From Myxococcota bacterium (GTDB lineage Bacteria > Myxococcota_A > UBA9160 > UBA4427): a DNA stretch of 64,000 nt. Location of the stretch: contig JAWKRW010000002.1 in assembly GCA_041389445.1 (NCBI GenBank), positions 501,359 to 565,358 on the forward strand. The letters are read 5' to 3'. Below, piece by piece: positions 46,667 through 56,105 of the stretch. The notes beneath the pieces are model-generated. The model had not been told where the DNA came from. It did not search any database and was given only the letters and a program-made list of their open reading frames with translations. Made by a program: the position numbers and the translations under genes. Numbering within the stretch: the first letter of the stretch is position 1; every line of letters begins with the position of its first letter.

Positions 46667-47155
46667 ATGACGCGATCGGCGCTCCACGAGGCGGCGGAGG
46701 ACCTGCGCGACGAAACGCGCGAGATGCATCGAGCGATCGTCTCGTTGATCGAAGAGCTCGAAGCCATCGACTGGTATGCGCAACGCATCGACGCCACGAG
46801 GGATCCCTCGCTCCGCGACGTCCTCGCCCACAGTCTCGGCGAGGAGAAGGAGCACGCGAGCATGACCCTCGAATGGATCCGACGACGCGATCCCGAGTTC
46901 GACGCCCTGCTGCGCCGCCTCTTGTTTCAGGCGGACGGCTCGATCGTCCACGCCGAGGCGGACGCGCCGGATGCAGGCACACGCGCCGGGCGCGGGTCGG
47001 TCCCGGGCGCTTCGTCGACGACGACCGGCGATCGGGGACTCGGCATCGGGAGCCTGCGCGCGAACAACGAGGCGGGAGGCGGAGCGGACATGGCGGGGGA
47101 CACGGCCCGGAGCGATCCGGGCGGAAGCGAGCGGCAAAAGGAGGGTTCGGAGTGA
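46667..47155 (+). CDS. Encapsulated ferritin (EncFtn) cargo protein with extended C-terminus (162 aa)
   Basis: A GGGAGGA Shine-Dalgarno is present. The ferritin-like core is MHRAIVSLIEELEAIDWYAQRIDATRDPSLRDVLAHSLGEEKEHASMTLEWIRRRDP. An encapsulin targeting-peptide-like motif, GDRGLGIGSLR, is encoded at 47030-47059. The stop overlaps the shell gene's start (GTGA). Confidence 0.9.
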   Translation: MTRSALHEAAEDLRDETREMHRAIVSLIEELEAIDWYAQRIDATRDPSLRDVLAHSLGEEKEHASMTLEWIRRRDPEFDALLRRLLFQADGSIVHAEADAPDAGTRAGRGSVPGASSTTTGDRGLGIGSLRANNEAGGGADMAGDTARSDPGGSERQKEGSE

Positions 47156-47961
47156 GCGTGTGGAACCGGAGGCTCGCGCCGCTGAGCGATGCGGCCTGGA
47201 AGCGGATCGACGACGAGGCGCGCAGCGTGCTCGTGGTCCACCTCGCGGCGCGGCGTTTGTTCGACTTCGACGGACCCCACGGCTGGGCGTTCTCGGCGAT
47301 CGACCTCGGCTTCGTCGAGCCGCTCGAAACGAGCGAGGACGGCGCCTGGCTGCGCCGCCGCCAGGTCCGGCCGCTGGTCGAGCTGCGCGTGGAGTTCGAG
47401 CTCGAGCGCGAGGAGCTCGAGAACGTCGATCGCGGTGCCGGCGACGTCGACCTCGATCCGCTGCGCGACGCGGCGCGGCGCTTCGCGAGCATCGAGGACA
47501 CGGCCCTCTTCGAAGGCCATGCCGATTCGGGGATCCCCGGCCTCGTCACGGACGCGGCCAACGAAGGCGTCGCGCTCCCCGAGGATCCGCTGCGCTTCCC
47601 GAACGCCGTGACCGAGGCGATCGTGCAGCTGCGCGAGGCGGGCGTCTCGGGTCCGTACGTCGCCGCCCTCGGGCTGAGGGAGCACGCCGCGCTCGATCGG
47701 ACCACGACCCCGGCGGGCTTTCCGGTCCTGCGCCACGTCCAGCGCCTGCTCGACCTCCCGATCATCTGGGCGCCGGCGCTCCGGGGCGGAGTCGTCGCGA
47801 GCGCGCGCGGCGGCGACTTCCGGCTCGTCTGCGGTCGCGACGCGACGATCGGCTATCGGACCCACGACGATCGCAGCGTGAAGCTCTACCTCGAGGAGAG
47901 CTTCAGCGCCGAGCTGACCGGGCCCGAAGCCGTGGTCCCGCTGCTGCCCGCGATCTCCTAG
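47152..47961 (+). CDS. Family 1 encapsulin shell protein (linocin M18-like, HK97 fold), 269 aa
   Basis: An AAAGGAGGG Shine-Dalgarno lies 7 nt before the GTG at 47152. The N-terminus (V)SVWNRRLAPLSDAAWKRIDDEA matches the conserved encapsulin N-terminus. RQVRPLVELRVEF, DTALFEG, GPYVAALG and FRLVCGRDATIGY are characteristic of the family. Confidence 0.9.
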   Translation: MSVWNRRLAPLSDAAWKRIDDEARSVLVVHLAARRLFDFDGPHGWAFSAIDLGFVEPLETSEDGAWLRRRQVRPLVELRVEFELEREELENVDRGAGDVDLDPLRDAARRFASIEDTALFEGHADSGIPGLVTDAANEGVALPEDPLRFPNAVTEAIVQLREAGVSGPYVAALGLREHAALDRTTTPAGFPVLRHVQRLLDLPIIWAPALRGGVVASARGGDFRLVCGRDATIGYRTHDDRSVKLYLEESFSAELTGPEAVVPLLPAIS

Positions 47962-49151
47962 AGGGCGCGCGCGCGCCGCAGCGCCCCGATCTCGTCCCAG
48001 TCGAGTCCGAGCTCGAGCAGGACCTCCTCGGTATGCTGCCCGAGCTCGGGCGCGAACCGGCCCGGACGTGCCGGCGTGTCGCTGAATCGGATCGGGCAGC
48101 CGATCGTCGTCATCGGCCCGAGATCGGGATCCTCGAAGCGCTGCAGATAACCGTTCTCGAACACGCCCTCGTCCGCCAGGACCTCGAGATAGTCGCGCAC
48201 GGGCGCGCAACGCACGTCGACGTCGCGGAGACGCTTCATCCAGTCTGCCGTGCTGCGCGTTCGGGACGCCTCGGCGAGCGCGTCGAAGAGCGCGTGGCGC
48301 ACCTCGGGCGGATGGTAGGCCGAGGCGAAGCGCGGATCCCGAAGCAGCTCCGGCCGTCCGATCGTCTCGAAGAACGCCTCCCGCTGCTCGGGCACGACGC
48401 CGATGATGCCGACGTGTCCGTCGGCGGTCGGGAGGATCCCGTAGAGGCCGTGGATCAGGGGATGACCGCGATCGGTCTCGCCCGGCTCGCGGCCGGTCAG
48501 CAGGGTGTAGGTGTACTCGGAGGCCTGCGCGAAGATCACGGCGCCGATCAGCGAGACGTCGACGCGCTGCCCGCGACCCGTCCGATCCCGCGAATAGAGC
48601 GCCGCGAGGATGCCGCTCACCATGTTCTGCGAGGCGAGATGATCGGCGATCGTCGCACCGACGGGACGCAGATCGCTCGGTCCGGTCCGCCGGATCAGAC
48701 CGCCGGCCGCCTGCCCGGCGAGGTCGGCGCCGCGTTGCGCCGCGTCGGGACCGACCGGGCCGAAGGTGCTCCCGGTCGCGAAGACGAGACGCGGGTTGAG
48801 ACGCGCGAGCACGTCGTAGCCGAGCCCCCATGCCTCGAGCGTTCCGGGCACGAAGTTCGAGAGCAAGACGTCGGCTCCTTCGACGAGTCGGAGGAAGACC
48901 GCGCGCCCCGCCTCGACGCGCAGGTCGAGGGTGATGCCGCGCTTGCCGCGATTGCAGGCGATGAAGAAGGGCGAGCGCAGGTCGTCGGGCGAGAGCACCG
49001 TCCAGCGACCGAGGTCGCCCCGCTCCGGCAGCTCGATCTTGATCACGTCGGCGCCGAGATCCGCGAGGAGCTGCGCCGCCTGCGGCCCCTGCACGATCTG
49101 CCCGAGATCGAGCACGCGCAGCCCGTCGAGCGCCCCCCGACCTTCCGCCAT
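47958..49151 (-). CDS. Family III CoA-transferase (CaiB/BaiF type)
   Basis: A GGAGGGGGGA Shine-Dalgarno is present. Diagnostic strings are LDGLRVLDLGQIVQGPQAAQLLADLGADVIKIE, LLSNFVPG and a catalytic Asp region (VGATIADH). Confidence 0.9.
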   Translation of the reverse strand: MAEGRGALDGLRVLDLGQIVQGPQAAQLLADLGADVIKIELPERGDLGRWTVLSPDDLRSPFFIACNRGKRGITLDLRVEAGRAVFLRLVEGADVLLSNFVPGTLEAWGLGYDVLARLNPRLVFATGSTFGPVGPDAAQRGADLAGQAAGGLIRRTGPSDLRPVGATIADHLASQNMVSGILAALYSRDRTGRGQRVDVSLIGAVIFAQASEYTYTLLTGREPGETDRGHPLIHGLYGILPTADGHVGIIGVVPEQREAFFETIGRPELLRDPRFASAYHPPEVRHALFDALAEASRTRSTADWMKRLRDVDVRCAPVRDYLEVLADEGVFENGYLQRFEDPDLGPMTTIGCPIRFSDTPARPGRFAPELGQHTEEVLLELGLDWDEIGALRRARAL

Positions 49152-49216
49152 CGTCCCCCCTCCGACGGGCCGCGCGTCGGCCCGCCCCGCGATCCCCCGT
49201 CGGGCGCGCGCCTCGA

Positions 49217-50041
49217 TCAGCCGCGCGCGACCGACGCGCGATGGCGGCTGCCGGGCCGAGGCGGATCCTCGGGCGGCCCCGCGAAGCATTGCGCGATCGA
49301 CAACCAACGCCGCGCGTTCTCGCCGACGACCCGCAGCCCCGTGTCTTCCCAGGCCCGGGTCTGCGCGACCACCTGGCAAAACTCCGTCGCGCTTCCTTCG
49401 ATGCGATCGGACTCGACCTCGGCGTTCCACTCCCAGCGCGCACCGGACGGCGCCTCGAGCAGGACGTGCGGCGCCGTCTCCGGAACCTCGAGCCCTCGAT
49501 TGCGAAACGTCCAGGCGAAGGTATTCACGCCCAGTACGGCGACGTTGCGGATGCGATCCGCGTCGACGCGGTCCGCGCCGAGCCGGTCGAAGACCGCCTG
49601 GCCATGGGCCCAGGTCTCCATCAGCCGCGCCGAGATGCTCGAGCGGGCGCTCATGTCCGGTCCGCCCCAGGCCACCCGCATCCGCGGATCGACGGCTTCG
49701 AACGCCTGCGCGATCGCGTCGCAGTCGCTGCGCCACTGATCGAGCAGCGCCCGACCGCGCAGCGGACCCAGATAGTCGAGCGTCACCTCGCGCAGGCTGC
49801 GCCCGCCTTCTCGCGCGCGTCGCAGGTCCGCGAAGAAGGTCCGCAGGCTCGACGCGTCGCGGAGCGACATCCCGGCGGCGAGATTGAAGAGGTGGAGATG
49901 CGCGAGCACGTCCTCGATCGTCCAGCCCTTGAACTGCGTCACGAGCAGGAGATCGGACTCCGGACGCGAGGCCAGGAGCGCATGGAGCGTCTCGCTCTCC
50001 TCGAGAAACGCGCGCGGCTGGGAGAAGGGCTCGGGCGGCAT
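49217..50041 (-). CDS. DinB/MDMPI-superfamily protein (maleylpyruvate-isomerase N-terminal-domain, TIGR03084-like)
   Basis: Diagnostic strings are WTIEDVLAHLHLFN and METWAHGQAVFDRLG. ATG at 50041. An alternative TTG at 50077 would overlap the upstream stop as TTGA. Confidence 0.7.
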   Translation of the reverse strand: MPPEPFSQPRAFLEESETLHALLASRPESDLLLVTQFKGWTIEDVLAHLHLFNLAAGMSLRDASSLRTFFADLRRAREGGRSLREVTLDYLGPLRGRALLDQWRSDCDAIAQAFEAVDPRMRVAWGGPDMSARSSISARLMETWAHGQAVFDRLGADRVDADRIRNVAVLGVNTFAWTFRNRGLEVPETAPHVLLEAPSGARWEWNAEVESDRIEGSATEFCQVVAQTRAWEDTGLRVVGENARRWLSIAQCFAGPPEDPPRPGSRHRASVARG

Positions 50042-50073
50042 CGGCGGAATTCGTCGTCCGGGGACGCTCGTGC

Positions 50074-50577
50074 TCAACGCGCTCGGCGCGCGCCGACGTC
50101 CTCCGAGGGCTCACGGTAGTCGGGAAAGTGGCGGCGCGGAAGACGGCTCTCGTCGAATTCGGCGACCGCGCGCAGGACGTCCCGGCGCGAGACCTGCCCG
50201 ACGAGCCGCCCGCCCTCGAGCACGGGCAGGCGCCGCACGCCGTGGGTCAGGAAGAACTGCGCGAGGGCGTAGATGTCCTGGTGGGGCTCGGCCGCGTGGA
50301 ACACGGTCGTCATGTAGTGGGCGACGACGCCTTCACTGCCGTGGTCGTCGGCGTAGAACGCGCCGGTACTCAAGACCCGCAGACAATCGAACTCCGAGCA
50401 GATGCCGACGAGGCATCCGTCCTCGTCGAGGACGGGCGCCCCTGAGATCTCGTGCTTCAACAGGAGTCGCGCCGCATCGAGAATCGGCATCGCCGGCGTC
50501 AGCACGACGAGCGCGCGGGTCATGATGTCGGAAGCGGTCGGAACCGCGGGCGCAGGGTACGGCTTGGTCGAGGCCAT
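50074..50577 (-). CDS. CBS-domain pair protein
   Basis: A GGAGGTG Shine-Dalgarno is present. Two CBS modules are visible (DIMTRALVVLTPAMPILDAARLLLKHEISGAPVLDEDGCLVGICSEFD and ...FFLTHGVRRLPVLEGGRLVGQVSRRDVL). Confidence 0.85.
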   Translation of the reverse strand: MASTKPYPAPAVPTASDIMTRALVVLTPAMPILDAARLLLKHEISGAPVLDEDGCLVGICSEFDCLRVLSTGAFYADDHGSEGVVAHYMTTVFHAAEPHQDIYALAQFFLTHGVRRLPVLEGGRLVGQVSRRDVLRAVAEFDESRLPRRHFPDYREPSEDVGARRAR

Positions 50578-51049
50578 GGGGCACCTCCGAGGCCGATCGA
50601 TTCCCCAGACTACCCGTCCGGATCGGATTTGAATAGCAGAATTGCCCGGGCCCCGCGGGCGGGCGACGCTTCGTCGCCGACCCGCTCGTCCTGCATCGCG
50701 CATGCACGGGCGCTGCACGTCGCAGGGCCCCGCCTCGACACAGAAAGGCGTCGAACGAAGCAGGAGCCGTCCGACTTCCGTCCCCCCATCCCCTCTTCGC
50801 GGGTCGCGTAGCGCGGGTCAGGGAACGCCGTTCGCGGGTCGAGTCGAAGCCGACCCGGTCCGCAGCGGACGGAGCGAAGGCGGAGGCCCGGGCGTTCGGA
50901 TAGGGTGTCTCGCCGGATGCGATCGACCGCGCGGGCGAGGGACGCGACGATCGCGCGACCCCCCACCCGGTCGTGCGATCCGCCGGCGCCCGACGGAACG
51001 GAACCGTCGGCGCGGTCGCGACCGCCCGCGATCGCCCTGGAGGCCTGCC

Positions 51050-52966
51050 TTGACGACCGGAACGACGAGTCCCGACCCGGCGAGCGACGATCGGATCGAA
51101 GCGGCGGTCGCCGAGGCGAGCCTGCCCGCGTTGATGATGTCGATGATCCATCTCTCCGGCGACGCGAGTCTGCTCGACGGCCCGATCCGCCCGCGCCATG
51201 CCGCCCTGTTCGACCGGACGGGCGGTATCGTGCCCGCGGATGGAGCCTCGATCCGGGCGCGGGCGGTCGCCCTGATCCGGGCGCATCTCGCGGAGGGCCG
51301 ACCGCCCTGCGCGCCGCTCCCGGACGCGCTCGTCTCCCGGATGCTCGCGTTCGCGCTCGCCGAGCGGGAGATCAGCGACAACGCGCGAGGCTTCCTGTTG
51401 GAGGAGCTCGCCCTCTCGGGCAGCGACCCGCGCCGCGTCGACATCGATCCGCGCGCGCTCGCCCGGCGTGGGCGCGATTTCCGCGTCGTCATCATCGGCG
51501 CCGGCATGTCGGGGATGTTGCTCGGCTACCGACTCGCCCAGCAGGGCGTCTCCTTCACGATCCTCGAGAAGAACCCGGCGGTCGGCGGAACCTGGTACGA
51601 GAATCGCTACCCGGGCTGCCGCGTCGACATCGCGAGCGACAGCTACTCCTACTCGTTCGCCCGAGGCGAGTGGGACCACCATTTCGGTTCGCAGCCCGAG
51701 GTCCAGCACTACTTCGAGCATTTCGCCGCCCAGTCCGGGCTGCTCGACCGCATCGAGTTCGGAGCGACCGTCGAATCGGCGCGCTGGGACGAGGCCGCCG
51801 GACGCTGGGTCGTCGGCTACCGCCAGAACGACGCGTACCGCGAGCTCGAGGCCTCCGCCCTCGTCAGCGCCGTCGGCCTCCTCAATCGCCCGCGGATCCC
51901 CGACGTCGACGGACGCGCGGCCTTCCGCGGCCCGCAGCTCCATACCGCGCGATGGGACGACTCCGTCGATCTCGCGGGCAAGCGCGTCGCGGTCGTCGGC
52001 ACCGGGGCGAGCGCCTTCCAGCTCGTTCCCGCGCTCGCGGACGTCGCGCAGCGCCTCTTCGTGTTCCAGCGCCGACCGTCCTGGATGTTCCCGAACCCCG
52101 AGTACCACGCAGCGATCTCCGAGGGACATCGCTGGTGCCTGCGCAACGTACCCGAGTACGCGCGCTGGTACCGCGTGCTCTCGATGTGGCCCCAGTTCGA
52201 CAAGGCGGCGGGCAGCCTGATCCTGGTCGACCCCGATTGGGACGACGGCGGTGCCTCCTGCAGCGCGGCGAACCGGCTCATGCGGGAGGAGCTCACGGCC
52301 TACATCGCGAGCCAGGTCGACGACCCGGCGCTGCTCGAGAAGGTCGTGCCCGACTATCCGCCCTTCGGAACCCGGATGCTGCAGGACGACGGGACCTGGC
52401 TCTCGACCCTCGCGCGCGAGGACGTCGAGCTGGTCGCGAGCGGGGTCGCGCGCGTGACCCGTACCGGCCTCGTCGCCGAAGACGGGACCGAGGTCGAGGT
52501 CGACGCGATCGTCTGGGCGACGGGCTTCGACACGGGCCGCCTGCCCGCGATCGACCTCGTCGGCCGAAGCGGGCGTCGGCTCTCCGAGGCGTGGGGCGAC
52601 GAGCCGAAGCTGCATCTCGGAATCACGGTCCCCGGGTTTCCCAACTACTTCATGATCGTCGGACCGAACACGGGCGTGCTCCATTCGGGCAACCTGATCA
52701 TCGTCTCCGAATGCCAGGTCAACTACATCATGGACGCGATCCGGGTCCTCGCCGAGGCCGCCGACGTCCTCGAATGTCGCGAAGAGGCGGCCAACGCCTA
52801 TCATACCCGTCTCGCCTCCGTGCTCGAGGGCTCCGTGTTCGCACGCGTCCCGAGCTATTTCAGCAACGCGGCCGGCAAGGTCGTCGTCTGCATGCCCTGG
52901 CCCCTCGCGGACTACTGGCGATGGACGCGCCGGATCGATCCGGGGGATTTCGCGACGCACGCCTGA
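51050..52966 (+). CDS. Flavin-dependent monooxygenase (FMO/Baeyer-Villiger-type, two Rossmann motifs)
   Basis: An FAD motif (VVIIGAGMSGM), GGTWYENRYPGCRVD and an NADPH motif (VAVVGTGASAF) are present. The TTG at 51050 with a CTGGAGG Shine-Dalgarno is chosen so as to include the conserved N-terminal LPALMMSMIHLSGD region. The start is uncertain. Confidence 0.85.
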   Translation: MTTGTTSPDPASDDRIEAAVAEASLPALMMSMIHLSGDASLLDGPIRPRHAALFDRTGGIVPADGASIRARAVALIRAHLAEGRPPCAPLPDALVSRMLAFALAEREISDNARGFLLEELALSGSDPRRVDIDPRALARRGRDFRVVIIGAGMSGMLLGYRLAQQGVSFTILEKNPAVGGTWYENRYPGCRVDIASDSYSYSFARGEWDHHFGSQPEVQHYFEHFAAQSGLLDRIEFGATVESARWDEAAGRWVVGYRQNDAYRELEASALVSAVGLLNRPRIPDVDGRAAFRGPQLHTARWDDSVDLAGKRVAVVGTGASAFQLVPALADVAQRLFVFQRRPSWMFPNPEYHAAISEGHRWCLRNVPEYARWYRVLSMWPQFDKAAGSLILVDPDWDDGGASCSAANRLMREELTAYIASQVDDPALLEKVVPDYPPFGTRMLQDDGTWLSTLAREDVELVASGVARVTRTGLVAEDGTEVEVDAIVWATGFDTGRLPAIDLVGRSGRRLSEAWGDEPKLHLGITVPGFPNYFMIVGPNTGVLHSGNLIIVSECQVNYIMDAIRVLAEAADVLECREEAANAYHTRLASVLEGSVFARVPSYFSNAAGKVVVCMPWPLADYWRWTRRIDPGDFATHA

Positions 52967-52980
52967 TCGGAGGGGCGGAG

Positions 52981-54276
52981 ATGATTCCCAGACTCCTCGC
53001 CATCGCCGAGCAGGTCCGGACGAGCCTCTGGTTCGTCCCGACGGTCATGGTGATCGGCGCGCTCTTCGTCGCCTGGGGTTCGCTCGAGGTCGACGTCCAG
53101 GTCGATACGACGGGCTCGGTCTGGTGGCTCAATCAGGGTACCGCCGAGGACGCCGGGCGACTGTTCTCGACGTTGCTCGGTTCGCTCATCACGATGGCGA
53201 CCCTCGTCATCTCGATCACGATGGTGGTCTTGACGCTCGCCGCCGGCCAGCTCGGTCCGCGCCTGATCCGCGCGTTCGTGGGCGATCGGCGTGCTCAGTT
53301 CGTGATCGGCTTCTTCCTCGCGACCGTCGCCTACCTGCTCGTCGTGTATCGACTGCTCGACGGGACGTTGCCCAAGGAAGCGGTACCGCACTTCGCGGTG
53401 ACGCTGGGGAGCGGCCTCGTCTTCGCCTGCCTCGGCGCGCTGATCTTCTACGTCCACCACCTGTCCCGTTCGATCGTGGCGGACACGATGGTCGATCGCG
53501 TCGGAACGGAGCTCGACCGTGCAATCGCAGCCAACCTCCCCGCGTCGGACGGCGACGGGCCGCGGCAGCTCGTACGAGGCGTCGGGCCGCCCGCCCGCCT
53601 GGGCTTCGAGCAGAGCGGCTACCTGCAGGCGATCGACCATGGCGCCATCGCCTCGGCGGCGAAGGGCCGCGACGCCCTCGTCGAGCTCGGCGTCCGACCC
53701 GGACATCACGTGCTCGCGGACCGCGACCACGTCTTCGTCTGGCCGGCGGCGGCGCTCGACGACGCGTTCGCGGCGGCGATCCGCGAGAGCGTCGCGATCG
53801 GCCCGGAACGCACTGCCTTCCAGGACCTCGAATTCTCGATCCGACAGCTCGTCGAGATCGCCCTGCGCGCCCTCTCGCCCGGCATCAACGATCCGTTCAC
53901 GGCGATCGCCGTGATCGACCGCATCGCGGCCTCGCTCGCCATGGCCATGACGCGCGCAGAGGTCCCGTCGAGCCATCCCGACGAAGACGGTCGGATCCGC
54001 GTTCTGGCCGATACGTCGACCTTCGAGGGACTCGTCGATCTCGGGTTCAATCAGATCCGACAGGCCGCATCGACCCACGTCGACGTCCTGATCGACATGA
54101 CGGACGCGCTCGGGGCCCTCGCGGAGCGACCGCGCAGCGAGAAGCAGCGAGCGGTGCTCCGGCGCCATCTCGACGCGGTCCGGGAGACCGGCCGCCTGTC
54201 CATCCGCCATGCGAGCGATCTCGCAGCGCTCGAGCATCGCTCCGCGCGCGCGATCGAAGCGGCCGATCGGGCCTGA
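52981..54276 (+). CDS. DUF2254-family membrane protein
   Basis: A GGAGGGG Shine-Dalgarno is present. The N-terminal TM helices and the soluble domain containing FQDLEFSIRQLVEIALRALSPGINDPFTA are characteristic of DUF2254. Confidence 0.85.
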   Translation: MIPRLLAIAEQVRTSLWFVPTVMVIGALFVAWGSLEVDVQVDTTGSVWWLNQGTAEDAGRLFSTLLGSLITMATLVISITMVVLTLAAGQLGPRLIRAFVGDRRAQFVIGFFLATVAYLLVVYRLLDGTLPKEAVPHFAVTLGSGLVFACLGALIFYVHHLSRSIVADTMVDRVGTELDRAIAANLPASDGDGPRQLVRGVGPPARLGFEQSGYLQAIDHGAIASAAKGRDALVELGVRPGHHVLADRDHVFVWPAAALDDAFAAAIRESVAIGPERTAFQDLEFSIRQLVEIALRALSPGINDPFTAIAVIDRIAASLAMAMTRAEVPSSHPDEDGRIRVLADTSTFEGLVDLGFNQIRQAASTHVDVLIDMTDALGALAERPRSEKQRAVLRRHLDAVRETGRLSIRHASDLAALEHRSARAIEAADRA

Positions 54277-54498
54277 CCTCGCGCGAGCCCGGGCGCGGCG
54301 CCGGAGCGCGACGGCAGCGACCGAGTCGCCGCCGCGGATCCCGTGCCGCAGACCGGGCGTCGCCCGCCCGGCCGGCCCGGTCGCTGTGGGAGAGGCTGGG
54401 ACGCGGCTCGCCCCCCTCCCATTCGACGCGATCGCGCCTCGATTCGCGCTTCCCTTTCGCCGGCGATGGGATCAGAATGACGGCGAGGAGATCCCGCC

Positions 54499-54786
54499 AT
54501 GACCCACTGCAGCGCCTTCCTGAAGCGACTCGCCTGCGCGATCGCCGTCGCCTCCCTCGTCCTGACGAGCGCCCCGATCGACGCCCGCGCCGACGATCAC
54601 GGCGAAGCGGGCCACGACGCGAGCCACGGCCCCATGCCCGTCGCCATCATCGGCGGCGTCGTCAGCAGCGCGTTCTGGCTGGTCTCCCTGCCCTTCTGCG
54701 CGCTGATCGCGCCGAAGCACATCGGCGATTCCTTCGACCTCATGGTCGCGGCGCCCTTCCGCGCGACGGTCGGCGCGGAGCGTTAG
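54499..54786 (+). CDS. Small secreted/membrane protein with His/Asp-rich segment (95 aa)
   Basis: A GAGGAG Shine-Dalgarno is present. It has a signal peptide (LACAIAVASLVLTSAPIDARA), a DDHGEAGHDASHG stretch and one TM helix. Confidence 0.55.
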   Translation: MTHCSAFLKRLACAIAVASLVLTSAPIDARADDHGEAGHDASHGPMPVAIIGGVVSSAFWLVSLPFCALIAPKHIGDSFDLMVAAPFRATVGAER

Positions 54787-54812
54787 GTCAGACGCCAGGC
54801 GTCAGGTGGAGC

Positions 54813-56063
54813 TCAGAGCCCCTCGAGCGCCTCGCGGTACTCCGCGAGCAGATCCCGCCAATCCTCGATGCCGATCGAGATGCGGACCAGACCGGGCGTC
54901 ACGCCGTGGCGCGCCTGCTGCTCCGGCGTGAGCTCCGAGTGGGTCGTCGTCGCCGGATGACAGGCGAGCGACTCCATGCCGCCGAGGCTGACGGCATTCT
55001 TCGTGATCGTGAGCCGTCGCAGGAACTCGAAGGCCGCCGGCTTGCCGCCGCGCAGCTCGAGCGAGAGGATCGATCCCGGATGGTCGCATTGCGCGCGGGC
55101 GATGCGCGCCTGCTCCGGGTCGCGGAAGAGCGACGGATGATGGATGCGATCGGTCGCGGCGTGGCCCGAGAGCGCCTCGGCAATGCGCGTCGCGTTCTTG
55201 CTCTGTTTGTTCATGCGCAGCGAAACCGTCGGGAGCCGGCTCTCGAGCAGCCAGCATTCGTCGGCCTGCAGGATGTTGCCCAGCATCACGCGCGTCGAGC
55301 GCAGGGCCGACGCGAGGGCGGGGTCGCGCGTGGTGATCACGCCGCCCAGCATGTCGCTGAAGCCCGCCAGGAACTTCGTCGCGGAGTAGACGCACGCGTC
55401 GGCGCCGAGCGCCAGCGGGTGCTGGAAGACGGGCCCGAGAAAGGTGTTGTCGACCGCGACGATCGGGCGCGTCGTGCATTCCCGCGCCGCGCGGACGGCC
55501 ACGCCGATCTCGGTCATCCGGAGCGTCGGGTTCGCCGGCGTCTCGATGAAGACCAGCGCGAGGCCCTCGGTCTCCGCGATGGCGCGCTCGAGCGCCGGTC
55601 CGTCCCCGGCCGCGACGCCGACGGCGCGGACGCCGAGGGGCTCGATCAGCTCGGAGATCAGCAGCTCCGTCCCGCCGTAGAGCGGCAGCGTATAGACGAA
55701 GGCGCTGCCCGGATGGCAGAGGGTCAGGAAGAGCGTGGAGATGGCCGCCATGCCCGAGTTGAAGACGGCCGCCGAGGTCGCGCCGGTCTCGAGGGGGACG
55801 AGCCGATCTTCGAGGATCTCGGCGTTGGGGTGCGACAGGCGCGCATAGATCAGCTCGACCTCTTCGTCCTCTCCGGCCCGCGCGTGGCCCAGAGCGATCG
55901 CGAAGGCCCGCTCGGCCGCCTCGGGGCTCGAGAAGACGTAGGTCGAGGAGCGGAAGACCGCCGGCCGGGCGGAGCCCACGGAGAGCCGCGGGTCGAAGCC
56001 GCGGGTCAGGACCGCGGTCTCGGGCCGAACGAAGAGTCGTTGTCTCGTCTTCCTGCTCGTCAT
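54813..56063 (-). CDS. PLP-dependent Cys/Met-metabolism enzyme (cystathionine gamma-synthase / methionine gamma-lyase family)
   Basis: Diagnostic strings are YARLSHPN, FNSGMAAI, VDNTFLGP, the PLP-lysine context YSATKFLAGFSD and a C-terminal VRISIGIED. Confidence 0.9.
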   Translation of the reverse strand: MTSRKTRQRLFVRPETAVLTRGFDPRLSVGSARPAVFRSSTYVFSSPEAAERAFAIALGHARAGEDEEVELIYARLSHPNAEILEDRLVPLETGATSAAVFNSGMAAISTLFLTLCHPGSAFVYTLPLYGGTELLISELIEPLGVRAVGVAAGDGPALERAIAETEGLALVFIETPANPTLRMTEIGVAVRAARECTTRPIVAVDNTFLGPVFQHPLALGADACVYSATKFLAGFSDMLGGVITTRDPALASALRSTRVMLGNILQADECWLLESRLPTVSLRMNKQSKNATRIAEALSGHAATDRIHHPSLFRDPEQARIARAQCDHPGSILSLELRGGKPAAFEFLRRLTITKNAVSLGGMESLACHPATTTHSELTPEQQARHGVTPGLVRISIGIEDWRDLLAEYREALEGL

Positions 56064-56105
56064 CGCATCCCCTCTCTGGACACGACGAGAGCGTAGCGGT
56101 CGGCT

